Shown here: piece after piece, positions 1-9,180 of the stretch
How positions within the stretch are numbered: position 1 is the stretch's first letter
Layout of the letters: the number at the start of each line of letters is the position of its first letter
Source: Candidatus Sungiibacteriota bacterium
GTDB lineage: Bacteria; Patescibacteriota; Minisyncoccia; Sungbacterales; JACQCQ01
Reading direction: 5' to 3'
Assembly (NCBI GenBank): GCA_016201505.1
Contig: JACQCQ010000013.1
Span: forward strand, 5,285 to 69,284
DNA: 64,000 nt
The notes under the pieces: model-generated
What the model was told of the DNA's origin: nothing
What the model saw: only the letters and a program-made list of their open reading frames with translations
Databases searched by the model: none
Made by a program: the position numbers and the translations under genes

Positions 1-552
1 ATCAAGATTGGTGCAGATCGCGGCATAAGGATGATAGTTAAGAAATGATCGGTGGTATTCATCGGCTTCTAACACCAGCCATTCAGATTTCCCGGCTCGA
101 AAATTGTTATTTTTTAATTCCGGCATGCGTGTGCCGATAATGATCGTGGGATCAAAACCGGCAGCCATTAAAATCCGAGAAACGACAGCCGTTGTTGTTG
201 ACTTGCCATGCGCGCCCGAAACAGCAATTGTTTTATACTGCTTGGTTAACTCACCTAAGGCCTCGGCGTAGGATTTTTGCGGAAGGCGGCGTCTGTCGGC
301 TTCGCGCCGCTCCGGATTATTTTTTTGAATTGCCGCACTATAAATAAGCAGATCCAGGTCTTTCGACAGGTTCGCAGCTTTCTGCGGTCCGATTGAAATT
401 TTTATGCCGCGCTTTTTAAGATCGCGGGTGATGAGAGATTGTTTGGCGTCCGACCCAAAAACCAGCCAACCCATCGAAAGATACCATTGAGCTAGCGCCG
501 ACAGGCCGATGCCGCCGATGCCGACAAAATGAACGGTCTGCATTTCTGGCAT
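1..552 (-). CDS. murC: UDP-N-acetylmuramate--L-alanine ligase, N-terminal part (gene continues beyond window start)
   Basis: Reverse translation from ATG near 543-552 gives MQTVHFVGIGGIGLSALAQ...AVSGAHGKSTTTA, i.e. the MurC N-terminal GIGG motif and Mur ligase P-loop. No stop codon before position 1. Confidence 0.8.
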   Translation of the reverse strand, partial: MPEMQTVHFVGIGGIGLSALAQWYLSMGWLVFGSDAKQSLITRDLKKRGIKISIGPQKAANLSKDLDLLIYSAAIQKNNPERREADRRRLPQKSYAEALGELTKQYKTIAVSGAHGKSTTTAVVSRILMAAGFDPTIIIGTRMPELKNNNFRAGKSEWLVLEADEYHRSFLNYHPYAAICTNLD

Positions 553-554
553 AA

Positions 555-2078
555 TTAAAAGCTACGCAAAACTTTAATTTTAGCACCCAGTTTTTGCAGC
601 CGCTCGGTTAGATCTTCATATCCCCGATTAATCGAGTAAACATTTCTCAAGATAGAAGTGCCAGTAGCAGCCAGCATAGCAATTAAAATCAAGGCCGAAG
701 GACGCAAGGCCGGCGGGCAGATGACTTCGGCCGCAGTCAATTTCGTTGGCCCCTTAATAAATACACGGTGGGGATCGGCCATGGTAACCGAAGCCCCAAG
801 TTTCGTCAGTTCTAGATAATAAACGGCGCGATTTTCAAAGACCCAGTCGTGGATTAAGGTTTCGCCGCGGGCCTGCGTCGCAATCGGCACAAAAAACGGC
901 AGGTTGTCGATATTGATCCCGGGGAAGGGGCGGGCATAAATTTTTTCGGGGAGAGCGGTAAGCCTTGATAGAAATGTTTTAATATCAACCAATTTTGTGC
1001 GCCCATTCGATGATACATAGCGCTTTAAAATTTTATACCGAAATCCCATTTCTTTTAGCTTCAGTAGTTCAAGTTCTAAAAAGTCAATCGGGCAGCGCTC
1101 GATGGTAATTGGTGAATTCGTTGTCGCCGCGATCGAAAGAAACAGCATCGATTCAATCGGATCTTCGGCCAGATGATAGCTGACATCTTTTTGAATAGTT
1201 TCTATTCCCTCAACTGTCAGCGTTGAGGTACCGATGCCCTCAATTTTGACCCCAAGAAGCTCTAAGAAAAAACAAAGCTCCTGGCCCATATAATTGGCCG
1301 AAGCGAACTTAATCATTGTTTTGCCGGGAATCCCGGCTGCGGCCATAATCGCATTTTCGGTCACCGTATCACCTGATTCGTAGAGAACCACCTCGGCCGG
1401 ATGCAAGTTTTTGGCTACCACATCATATTGGTATTCATGAGAGGAAATATTGACTCCGAACTCGCGCAGGGCTAAAAAGTGCGGCCGCGCGGTCCGGAGA
1501 CCGAGCCGGCATCCCCCGGGCTCGGGAATAGAAAACTGCCGGGCCAAATGAATCAGCGGACCCAAAAATAACAGTATGCTGCGAGTTTTTTTCGCGGCCT
1601 CGATGTTTAAATTTTTTAAATTCAGCCTTTGGGGCGGGATAATCTCAAGATCCTTCTCGTTCTGCCAGCGAACATAAACACCGAGACTTTCCAAAATTTC
1701 AATTAACCTGCGCACCTCTTCAATTTTAGGCATGGACCGAAGAACCGTCCGGCCGCGATTTAAAAGTGATGCGGCCAGCAACACCACTGCGCTGTTTTTT
1801 GCCGAATTTGTTTTAATCTTTCCTGAAAGTCTATGTCCTCCCTCGATTTCAAAATTGAGCGATGCTCCAGAAACAGAAATGATACTTTTCGCCAAGACTT
1901 TGCTGATACGCAAGAGCATCACAGTCGAAAAATTCTGATCACCGCGCTCCATGCGGGCCACGGCGCTTTGGCTGGTTTTAAGTCGCCGCGCTAGGTCTTT
2001 TTGCGTCAGGCCCAGCGTCTCGCGCCGACTCGCAATCATCGATCCGATTTTAACTCGTTCATGAGATAACGGCCGCAT
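555..2078 (-). CDS. murA: UDP-N-acetylglucosamine 1-carboxyvinyltransferase with an N-terminal XRE-type HTH domain in the same frame
   Basis: Residues 14-70 are HTH-like (LGLTQKDLARRL...SQSAVARMERG). The remainder is MurA-like (LSGKIKTNSAKNSAVVLLAASLL, PGGCRLGLRTARPH with the active-site Cys). No internal Met or stop separates the two domains. Confidence 0.8.
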   Translation of the reverse strand: MRPLSHERVKIGSMIASRRETLGLTQKDLARRLKTSQSAVARMERGDQNFSTVMLLRISKVLAKSIISVSGASLNFEIEGGHRLSGKIKTNSAKNSAVVLLAASLLNRGRTVLRSMPKIEEVRRLIEILESLGVYVRWQNEKDLEIIPPQRLNLKNLNIEAAKKTRSILLFLGPLIHLARQFSIPEPGGCRLGLRTARPHFLALREFGVNISSHEYQYDVVAKNLHPAEVVLYESGDTVTENAIMAAAGIPGKTMIKFASANYMGQELCFFLELLGVKIEGIGTSTLTVEGIETIQKDVSYHLAEDPIESMLFLSIAATTNSPITIERCPIDFLELELLKLKEMGFRYKILKRYVSSNGRTKLVDIKTFLSRLTALPEKIYARPFPGINIDNLPFFVPIATQARGETLIHDWVFENRAVYYLELTKLGASVTMADPHRVFIKGPTKLTAAEVICPPALRPSALILIAMLAATGTSILRNVYSINRGYEDLTERLQKLGAKIKVLRSF

Positions 2079-2086
2079 GAAAAAAA

Positions 2087-2106
2087 TATATCACATGTGA
2101 TATATA
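2087..2106. promoter_or_regulatory. 20-bp perfect palindrome atatatcacatgtgatatat in the divergent murA/priA promoter region; candidate operator for the HTH domain of the MurA fusion
   Basis: Seen directly in the 40-bp intergenic gap between 2078 and 2119. Coordinates are +/-1. Confidence 0.35.
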
Positions 2107-2118
2107 ATTCAATAATAG

Positions 2119-4110
2119 ATGCGCTGGCTAGATCCGCGACCTCAACGGCGAGGCCCTATTCCGTGGTATTATACTGGCGTTATTATGTATTTAATTGAAG
2201 TTGTGGCCTTAGCGCGCCTGCCCCGGACTCTCCCTCAATCATTTTCTTATTTCTCTTTGGAGTCACTCGAAGAAGGGGCGGTGGTTGAAATTGAATTAAA
2301 TCACCGCCGCCTTTTCGCCATGGTTACGCGCTCGATTGGCGTCAAACAGGCAAAACAGGATCTACGCTCTCGCGCGTTTCAACTAAAAAAAATCCAAAAC
2401 ATCATATCGCGCGCCTCTATCATCAATGCGCGTGATCGAGCTCTGCTCCAGTGGATTTCTGAATATTATCTGGCTCAGCCCTCAACCGTTTTAAAATTGA
2501 TTTTGCCTTCATTCATTACTGATACATTTGAGGTTAGCTCCTGGCCGGCTCGTCATGAAATTGAGCCGTACCCGCGAATGATTGAAGTCGTTCCCGAAGA
2601 ATATCCGATAGAACGCTACCAGAAAGCTGTCGAACATGCTTTACAAAATGGACGCCAAGCCTTAATCCTCGTCCCTGAAATCGAGCGGGCTGAGACTCTG
2701 GCTGATGTGATCAGCGAAATTGTGCCCAAAGAGCGCCTGCTTGTTGTGACAAGTTCCAAAACACCACGTGAACTCCGCACCTCCTGGCATCGAGTGAGGA
2801 ACGGCGAGCCGTTGATTATTGTAGGTACTCGGACGAGTCTCTTCTTCCCGTTTACCAATTTGGGGCTCATCATCATCGATCGGGAATCTTCACCCGCGCA
2901 TAAATCCTGGGACCAGGAGCCGCGATACGACGGCCGCGAAGTTGCGGCGAAATTGCATAGCCTCCACGGCGGCCAGATGATACTTGCCGGCTATCCTCCC
3001 TCACTTAACAGCTACCACCTCGCCAAAGACGAACAAGTAGCACGGCTTATTCCCTCCCGCGAACTCGTAACCTCTCCGCTTTCGCTGTTTGTTGACATGG
3101 CGCGCGAAATCAAAGAGCAAAACGAGTTTGTGGTTTTTTCTCAAGTCTTAAAAGATAAATTGCGAAACGTTATTCAAGATGGCGGCCGAGCTTTTTTATT
3201 CGTAAATCGAAAAGGTTTTGCGCCGTTTATTTTATGCCAGCAATGCGGCTTTATATTCCGCTGTAGCGAGTGTTCCGTACCGCTCGTCTATCACGTTCAA
3301 GAAAGCTTAGCTTCAGCCACCCTCCTCTGCCACCATTGCGGATCGAAAAATAAGCCGCCGGATGTCTGCTTAGAATGCGGCTCGCATAAATTAAAAGCCT
3401 ACGGCATCGGCATCGAACGCGTGGCCAAAGACTTAAAAAAAATGTTCCCCAATGTTCCGGTTTTATCGCTCTTACATGGCGAGCCAAAGGAAACCAAAAA
3501 CGCAAAAACTGCGCTCGAGAAGCTGAAAAAAATGTCTTGCTACATCGCCATCGGAACCGAATTTGCCATTCCACTGCGCTTGCCCCGTATGGAGCTCGCG
3601 GCTATTATAAGCATTGACAGCGCCCTGTCGCTGCCCGATTTTATGCAGACCGAGCGCCTATTTCGCTCCCTGTCGCTCATTCGGAGACTGTCGAGCAAGA
3701 TCTTTATTTTGCAAAGCTATGCCAAAGAACCTGAGATGCTGATTGATCTCTTCCACGGAAGTTTTGAACATTTTGCCGAAAAGGAATTAAAAGAAAGGAG
3801 ACGTTTTCACTATCCCCCCTTTGGCGAGCTGATTAAGCTGACCGTGCAAGATTCATCACGCGAAGAAGCCTTAACACAAGTGAAGCGCCTCTACGCGGGA
3901 CTTCGAATCGTGCCGCATTATTTCGGACCCGAAGCCGTTGAGGTCACGAATCCTTATCCCGCCTATATCGAAAAGAAAAAAGGGAATTTTATTTTCCACA
4001 TCTTGATCAAAATTATGGATGCGTCGAAATCTCGCGACATGAAATTGTTGATTGCGGAGCACACCCCCGACACGGTTCAAGTTGACGTCGGCCCGCAAAG
4101 TCTTTTATGA
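2119..4110 (+). CDS. priA: Primosomal protein N' (PriA) homolog with degenerate helicase motifs
   Basis: PriA-like core (QALILVPEIERAETL, IVGTRTSLFFPF) and Cys-rich zinc region (CQQCGFIFRCSECSVPLVYH...CHHCGS...CLECGS). The Walker A position reads VPEEYPI where GxTGSGKT is expected, and DRESS replaces the DEAH box. Confidence 0.8.
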   Translation: MRWLDPRPQRRGPIPWYYTGVIMYLIEVVALARLPRTLPQSFSYFSLESLEEGAVVEIELNHRRLFAMVTRSIGVKQAKQDLRSRAFQLKKIQNIISRASIINARDRALLQWISEYYLAQPSTVLKLILPSFITDTFEVSSWPARHEIEPYPRMIEVVPEEYPIERYQKAVEHALQNGRQALILVPEIERAETLADVISEIVPKERLLVVTSSKTPRELRTSWHRVRNGEPLIIVGTRTSLFFPFTNLGLIIIDRESSPAHKSWDQEPRYDGREVAAKLHSLHGGQMILAGYPPSLNSYHLAKDEQVARLIPSRELVTSPLSLFVDMAREIKEQNEFVVFSQVLKDKLRNVIQDGGRAFLFVNRKGFAPFILCQQCGFIFRCSECSVPLVYHVQESLASATLLCHHCGSKNKPPDVCLECGSHKLKAYGIGIERVAKDLKKMFPNVPVLSLLHGEPKETKNAKTALEKLKKMSCYIAIGTEFAIPLRLPRMELAAIISIDSALSLPDFMQTERLFRSLSLIRRLSSKIFILQSYAKEPEMLIDLFHGSFEHFAEKELKERRRFHYPPFGELIKLTVQDSSREEALTQVKRLYAGLRIVPHYFGPEAVEVTNPYPAYIEKKKGNFIFHILIKIMDASKSRDMKLLIAEHTPDTVQVDVGPQSLL

Positions 4111-4646
4111 CTATGAGCCGCAGCCGCACGATTTTAACGAACCCTAATCCCCTATTGCGAAAGCGAGCTAAGGAAGTTTCGGCGGCTGCTTTTAAGACCG
4201 CGGCATTGAAACACGCGATCCGCGATTTAATTGCGACACTCAAGGTTTCGGAAGACGGTATCGGCATCGCCGCGCCTCAAATCGGCATTGCTTGGCGGAT
4301 TTTTATTGTGTCAGAAGAAGCCAAACATTTGAGCCAGAGCCGGGCCAAAGAGAACCGCGAATGGAAACAGCTGGTGTATATTAATCCTGTCATCACCAAA
4401 TTTTCGACCAAAAAGGCGGAAGGCGTCGAAGGCTGCCTCTCTGTTCCCGGCAAATACGGCTTTGTGACAAGACCTGAAAAAGTCCAGGTCGAGGCATTCG
4501 ATGAAAAAGGAAAGAAATTCTCGCACGGCGCCTCGAAATTTTTTGCCCGCGTGATCCAACATGAAACAGACCACTTGGACGGAATTTTATTCATTGATAA
4601 AGTAACGCGCTACATTGAGCCGAAAAAAAGCGATTCGAAACTTTAG
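4107..4646 (+). CDS. def: Peptide deformylase
   Basis: Motifs GIGIAAPQIG, EGCLSVPG and QHETDHLDG. ATGA overlap with the priA stop. Confidence 0.9.
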   Translation: MTMSRSRTILTNPNPLLRKRAKEVSAAAFKTAALKHAIRDLIATLKVSEDGIGIAAPQIGIAWRIFIVSEEAKHLSQSRAKENREWKQLVYINPVITKFSTKKAEGVEGCLSVPGKYGFVTRPEKVQVEAFDEKGKKFSHGASKFFARVIQHETDHLDGILFIDKVTRYIEPKKSDSKL

Positions 4647-4648
4647 CT

Positions 4649-4978
4649 ATGCGCCTTCTTTATTTAAATCTTCTCCTGATTTCTGCGGCTGCGGTTTCAA
4701 TCACTGGCGATATATTTTCCAAAACATGGACGCTGCATAAGAGTTTTTGGTTTTTTATTGGGGCCCTTATTGCATATAACATCTCATCGATCATTTGGCT
4801 ATTTTTTCTAAAAGACTTGAGGCTTTCCATTGCCATACCCTGGTGGCAGGCTATGGTTGCCGTACCAGCAATTCTTGCAGGAATAATTTATTTTCGCGAG
4901 CGACTTTCAATTTGGGACATTTTAGCGATAGTTTTTATTGTTATCGGAGTTTTAATTCTCAATTTCAGACATGCCTAA
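4649..4978 (+). CDS. Small 4-TM membrane protein, SMR/EamA-like
   Basis: 109 aa with four hydrophobic helices. Sits between def and fmt. Confidence 0.5.
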   Translation: MRLLYLNLLLISAAAVSITGDIFSKTWTLHKSFWFFIGALIAYNISSIIWLFFLKDLRLSIAIPWWQAMVAVPAILAGIIYFRERLSIWDILAIVFIVIGVLILNFRHA

Positions 4979-5936
4979 TTTCTCTATCGTGCCGCGAATT
5001 CTTTTTTGGGGGACGCCGGAGTTTGCGGTGCCGGTGTTAAAACGACTGCTGGATGAAAAATATAATGTCATCGGTGTAGTGACGAATCCTGATCGAGCGT
5101 GGGGCCGATCAAAGACGCCGGGACCATCACCGGTTAAAATATGCGCCCTGCGTCATAACATCCCCGTCCTGCAACCCGAGACCTTGAAAGACCCTGGGTT
5201 TGTAAAGGCTCTGCGAGAACATGATCCCGATTGCTTTATCGTTGTCGCCTACGGGAAAATAATTCCTGATGAAATTTTACGGATTGCCAAACGCGGCGCA
5301 CTGAATGTTCACCCTGCGCTGCTCCCCAGATGGCGCGGCCCTTCGCCTATCGAAACTGCCATTTTGCAGGGTGAGAACATGACGGGTGTCTCCCTCATGG
5401 AGCTAGACCAGCAAATGGATCACGGACCGATTATTGCGCGCGAAGAAGTCTCCATCCAAAAAGACGAAACTGCACTCGCGCTTTCGGCAAAACTGAGTCT
5501 CGTGGGAGCTCGAATGCTTGTCCGCTTTTTGCCGGATTATCTATCGGGCAAGGCGAAGCCTCATCCGCAAAATGACGCGGAGGCCACGTTTTCCAAAATA
5601 TTAACCAAAGAAGACGGGCATCTCTTGTGGGATCGGCCGGCTACTATGCTTGAGCGCCAAATCCGCGCCTTCATCCGCTGGCCGGAGTCATACTGCTTTT
5701 GGCAACGGGGCGAAAATTCAATACGATTAAAGATAGAAAAAGCCGAGGTGTTGCCAAAAACGCAGGAGACCAAGCCCCTCGGGACCGTATATGAGACAAA
5801 GTTAAGTCCCCTGACCGTCGAGACCATAGATGGAGCGCTCGGGGTTTTGGCGCTGACCCCCGAAGCCAAGTCCTCAATGTCTGCGGCTGAATTTATCCGC
5901 GGGCATCCGGAGATTATTGGAGCAGAGCTCGTCTAG
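4971..5936 (+). CDS. fmt: Methionyl-tRNA formyltransferase
   Basis: ILFWGTPEFAVPVLKRL at the N-terminus and NVHPALLPRWRGPSPIETAIL (formyltransferase motif). Forms a def-fmt operon. Confidence 0.9.
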   Translation: MPNFSIVPRILFWGTPEFAVPVLKRLLDEKYNVIGVVTNPDRAWGRSKTPGPSPVKICALRHNIPVLQPETLKDPGFVKALREHDPDCFIVVAYGKIIPDEILRIAKRGALNVHPALLPRWRGPSPIETAILQGENMTGVSLMELDQQMDHGPIIAREEVSIQKDETALALSAKLSLVGARMLVRFLPDYLSGKAKPHPQNDAEATFSKILTKEDGHLLWDRPATMLERQIRAFIRWPESYCFWQRGENSIRLKIEKAEVLPKTQETKPLGTVYETKLSPLTVETIDGALGVLALTPEAKSSMSAAEFIRGHPEIIGAELV

Positions 5937-5965
5937 CTCCGCGAAAATCCGAAGCACGAAATCCG

Positions 5966-6050
5966 AAATCCTAAACAAATCCCAATGACTAAAATTCAAA
6001 ATACAAAACGTTTAGAATGTAACTATTCGAATTTTGAATTTGTTTAGGGT
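5966..6050 (+). terminator. Imperfect long hairpin (cctaaacaaat...aattcaaaat paired with attttgaatttgtttagg) followed by a T-rich tract; probable fmt terminator or structured intergenic element
   Basis: Inverted repeats at 5970-6002 and 6031-6048, seen directly. Confidence 0.35.
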
Positions 6051-6080
6051 TTAGTATTTTGAATTTAGAGTTTAATTAAC

Positions 6081-6974
6081 GTGAACGTCATTCTGTTTAT
6101 CATCGGTATCATTGTCGTCATCGCCATTGTGGCCACCGGCGGCTTTGGCATACTGCAAAATAATTCTTTTGGCCTTCACCTTTTCTCATCCGGACCCCTT
6201 TCTTCCGGACCGGGTAGCGGCGGATGGTTCGGCGGATTCGGTTCATATTCGGGTGGAAACATTCCTGCGACGAATGAAATAAAGTCCGGCAGTTATAATA
6301 ATTCTGCATCATCGAAAAATCTCCCGGCCGATAAAACCCGCATCAGCATCAGTTCCATCACCCATGGCGCCCAGAAGCCCAATGACGAATACGTAACGCT
6401 TTACTACAGTGCCGAATCAAACCGCGCGCCGGTTGATATCACCGGCTGGACGATTGGGAATACCCAGGGACATCGCTATGCCATTGGCGTAGGATATAAA
6501 CTCGCACTCGACTCGGCGGAAAGTTCGGTGTGGCTTTTGCCGGGAGCGACGGCTTACGTCCATTCAGGCAAAAGCCCGATCAATGAGAATTTTTTAGAGA
6601 CGGCCTGCACTGCGTATCTAAATGAAGGCCGCAGTTTCAATCCATCAATCGGCGGATCCTGTCCCAGAATTGACACCCAAAGTCTGGTCTACATGAATGA
6701 CGCCTGTCTTACATTCCTCAACGGCCTTTCGTCCTGCTATCAGGCCAGCATTTCCGGTAATAATGCCGTCGGCATTGGCGATGAGTGCTCCAACTTTGCC
6801 ACCAAGCACTATAGCTATCGCGGCTGCATCGATGATTTTCGCTTTGCCTCTGATTTTTATAAAACGACCTGGCAAGTTTATTTAGGCCGGCCCGAGACAC
6901 TTTGGCGCGCGGGACATGATTTGATTACGCTCTACGATGCCGACGGGCATATTGTCAGCACTTATCAGTATTGA
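6081..6974 (+). CDS. Hypothetical membrane-anchored, Gly/Ser-rich, Cys-rich extracytoplasmic protein
   Basis: N-terminal TM helix (ILFIIGIIVVIAIVATGG), a G/S-rich linker, and eight Cys in the C-terminal half. Confidence 0.6.
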   Translation: MNVILFIIGIIVVIAIVATGGFGILQNNSFGLHLFSSGPLSSGPGSGGWFGGFGSYSGGNIPATNEIKSGSYNNSASSKNLPADKTRISISSITHGAQKPNDEYVTLYYSAESNRAPVDITGWTIGNTQGHRYAIGVGYKLALDSAESSVWLLPGATAYVHSGKSPINENFLETACTAYLNEGRSFNPSIGGSCPRIDTQSLVYMNDACLTFLNGLSSCYQASISGNNAVGIGDECSNFATKHYSYRGCIDDFRFASDFYKTTWQVYLGRPETLWRAGHDLITLYDADGHIVSTYQY

Positions 6975-6994
6975 GATTGATTCATCAAAAAATA

Positions 6995-7050
6995 AAAACA
7001 GAGTTGTGCCATCTTCAAATCTCAAAAATAGCGCAACTCTGTTTTCTTTT
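6995..7050 (+). terminator. Hairpin (aaaacagagttg / caactctgtttt, large loop) followed by cttttaaa
   Basis: Inverted repeat at 6995-7006 and 7034-7045, downstream of the 6974 stop. Confidence 0.4.
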
Positions 7051-7061
7051 AAATGAAATGA

Positions 7062-7559
7062 TTAGGCCAGAAGCGGCGGCAAGCCGCCGCTTCTGGCCAC
7101 GGGTAGTCCACGCGGATCTTTGAAAAGACCGGCGGGACATGTTCCCTCGCCTAACTGCCGACAAAGTCGGCGCAGGCCGGGCTCGGCTTTCCTCGCGATG
7201 ACCCTTGCCTTTGCCAGGTACTCGAATGGGTCGTAGTCCTTCTGATGACTCTCGACCCAAAGAGCTCCCGCATCCCGAATCTCCTCATCGAAGACTCGGA
7301 CGGCTTCCTCGACGGCGACAGGGTCCCTGCCGTAGCGCAGCGCCATCTGCCGAATGAAAACGTCCTCCTGACCGGCGATGGCCGAGAGACTGATGAAAAC
7401 CAGCTTCTCGGTTTCCGAGAGGACGGCGGAGGCGACTTTGGACCTCTTCGGCACTTGGGGTGCTGTATAGAGCACCCAGGAGACGAAGATCATGAGACCA
7501 GCAAACCCTACAAGGACGGCCAGCATGGCTCCTCGCACTTCCTGATCTTGCTTCTTCAA
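7062..7559 (-). CDS. Hypothetical membrane-anchored protein inside a ~600-bp GC-rich patch
   Basis: N-terminal TM helix (AMLAVLVGFAGLMIFVSWVLY). The local GC is far above the flanks. Several overlapping ORFs exist here only because of the GC richness. Confidence 0.4.
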   Translation of the reverse strand: MKKQDQEVRGAMLAVLVGFAGLMIFVSWVLYTAPQVPKRSKVASAVLSETEKLVFISLSAIAGQEDVFIRQMALRYGRDPVAVEEAVRVFDEEIRDAGALWVESHQKDYDPFEYLAKARVIARKAEPGLRRLCRQLGEGTCPAGLFKDPRGLPVARSGGLPPLLA

Positions 7560-7678
7560 TGGCTCCTCCTACGCGCCCCTCGCTTGGGGCGCGTCCTGGG
7601 TTTTGACATCCAAGTCCAAGGGAAAAACGATAAAAGACCTTCATCTTCTATACTATATTATTACTAGTCCGTCAAATG

Positions 7679-8221
7679 CTACTGGCAACTTTTATCAAAT
7701 GTAACCAGAAAGTGAAGTACGGGATTTGATTGGTCGTAATAGGTCAGCTGGCTGATCCCGGTAAACCGTGGATCGAACAATTCATTCTTGCCCGGGTCGA
7801 GGCTGATATATAACGGGCTGGGGTCGGTTTTTTTGTGGTTCGGCGAAATCGCAATGGCCAGTGGCTTATCGCTTTTATTTACAATATTGACAATACAGCC
7901 TAGCCCTTTGGTAATTGAAAGGTTGAGCAAGTTAGGTATAAAGGCGTTTCTAGTATATTCAATACGATTTTCCCTGGCATTATCTTGGGCGCTGGATGGC
8001 GCCGCCGAATTATTTGCCGCGCGGCGCGAATACCACTGGAGTCCGGCATAGGTGAGTCCGGCAAGCAGAAAAATGAATACCGCAACTCCGATAAAAAGTT
8101 TTTTAGTAAACCCCGAGACCACGGGTGTAGACCCGCAGTTTTCGCCCTTCGGCTTGGCATTTTTTGACTCTTCATCCCCGTCTTTAGAAACGGGGCTTTC
8201 TGGTGTTTCGGTAAATGTCAT
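7679..8221 (-). CDS. Hypothetical membrane-anchored protein
   Basis: 180-aa ORF with an internal TM helix (IGVAVFIFLLAGLTYAGL). Confidence 0.5.
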   Translation of the reverse strand: MTFTETPESPVSKDGDEESKNAKPKGENCGSTPVVSGFTKKLFIGVAVFIFLLAGLTYAGLQWYSRRAANNSAAPSSAQDNARENRIEYTRNAFIPNLLNLSITKGLGCIVNIVNKSDKPLAIAISPNHKKTDPSPLYISLDPGKNELFDPRFTGISQLTYYDQSNPVLHFLVTFDKSCQ

Positions 8222-8223
8222 GC

Positions 8224-8562
8224 CTATTGGATGAGTGAACCTGATTCAATTTCTTGATCTGGAGTAAGGAGCGAAATAACCCCACTCGATGAAGCCGCCA
8301 AAACCATGCCCTGGCTTTCGAGCCCCATCAATATCCGCGGCTCCAAATTGGCGACGACCACGATCTCTTTTCCTATAAGATGTTCGGGATCATACGCTTT
8401 CCCGATCCCGGCGATAATTTGGCGTTTCTCGCTCCCGAGGTCAACTTCCAGCCGAATCAATTTATCCGACGCTTCCAGCCGCTCGGCAAAAATGATTTTC
8501 GCAATCTTTAGCTCAACATTCCTAAATTCGGCTATCGAAATCACATCGAATAGTATGGACAA
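8224..8562 (-). CDS. tRNA-binding domain protein (CsaA/Trbp111/MetG C-terminal-like)
   Basis: ELKIAKIIFAERLEASDKLIRLEVDLGSEKRQIIAGIGKAY...GKEIVVVANLEPRILMGLESQGMVLAA matches the OB-fold tRNA-binding domain pattern. Confidence 0.7.
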   Translation of the reverse strand: MSILFDVISIAEFRNVELKIAKIIFAERLEASDKLIRLEVDLGSEKRQIIAGIGKAYDPEHLIGKEIVVVANLEPRILMGLESQGMVLAASSSGVISLLTPDQEIESGSLIQ

Positions 8563-8655
8563 ATCCTAAAATTTTGCAATTCCTATCAATAATACGCGAA
8601 CACGTATCTATGATTGTAATATCGCAAATTAAAATCTATGATACGATAATACATA

Positions 8656-9102
8656 ATGAAAACTCTCGTGGTTCTTGCCTTCATTGTATTGGCCTTTTAC
8701 GGCTATCGCTATTTGCCTGCAAGCATCAAATCAAAAACTGATGCCTTTCTCGCCGCGTCTCATCTTGAGGCCTTCGGACCGAGCCGCTGGCTGCCCGCAC
8801 TTGGGGAAGCATCGGACCCTTACGCCGAAAAATTGCACGAAGGCAGTCCAGTGGTAAAACGCGAAAAGTTAATTCAGGATTTAAAAGGCCAGATTCAAAT
8901 TATGGCCTCAACGCATGATGCCAAAACGAACGCCGAACGCGCTCAATTTACTAAAGCCGGGACTGAAGCCAAGTCACTGCTGGATCAATTGGAGACAGAA
9001 AATCCGAACAGCGGCTTTCTGCGCGACATCGCGTTTAAAATACTAGAAGCCATTTTACCGTCAGCCTCATCAACGGCGATCTGCAACTCGCTAAAATTAT
9101 AG
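8656..9102 (+). CDS. Hypothetical exported or membrane-anchored protein
   Basis: N-terminal hydrophobic segment (MKTLVVLAFIVLAFYGY). Confidence 0.5.
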   Translation: MKTLVVLAFIVLAFYGYRYLPASIKSKTDAFLAASHLEAFGPSRWLPALGEASDPYAEKLHEGSPVVKREKLIQDLKGQIQIMASTHDAKTNAERAQFTKAGTEAKSLLDQLETENPNSGFLRDIAFKILEAILPSASSTAICNSLKL

Positions 9103-9180
9103 TCGATTTTCCTCCCAAAGATGATCCACTCCAATACTTTAAAGTATTGGAGTGGCCTGGTTTTCAAGCATTCGTTAAAT

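Noticed and set aside
1732-1938. 68-aa plus-strand ORF inside murA
   Set aside because: It is antisense to a well-supported gene and has no features.
7245-7667. Overlapping ORFs on both strands (7245..7667 +, 7285..7644 -) inside the GC-rich patch
   Set aside because: GC-rich DNA yields long stop-free frames on every strand. The Arg/Gly/Pro-rich products carry no motifs, so only the membrane-protein ORF was kept, at low confidence.
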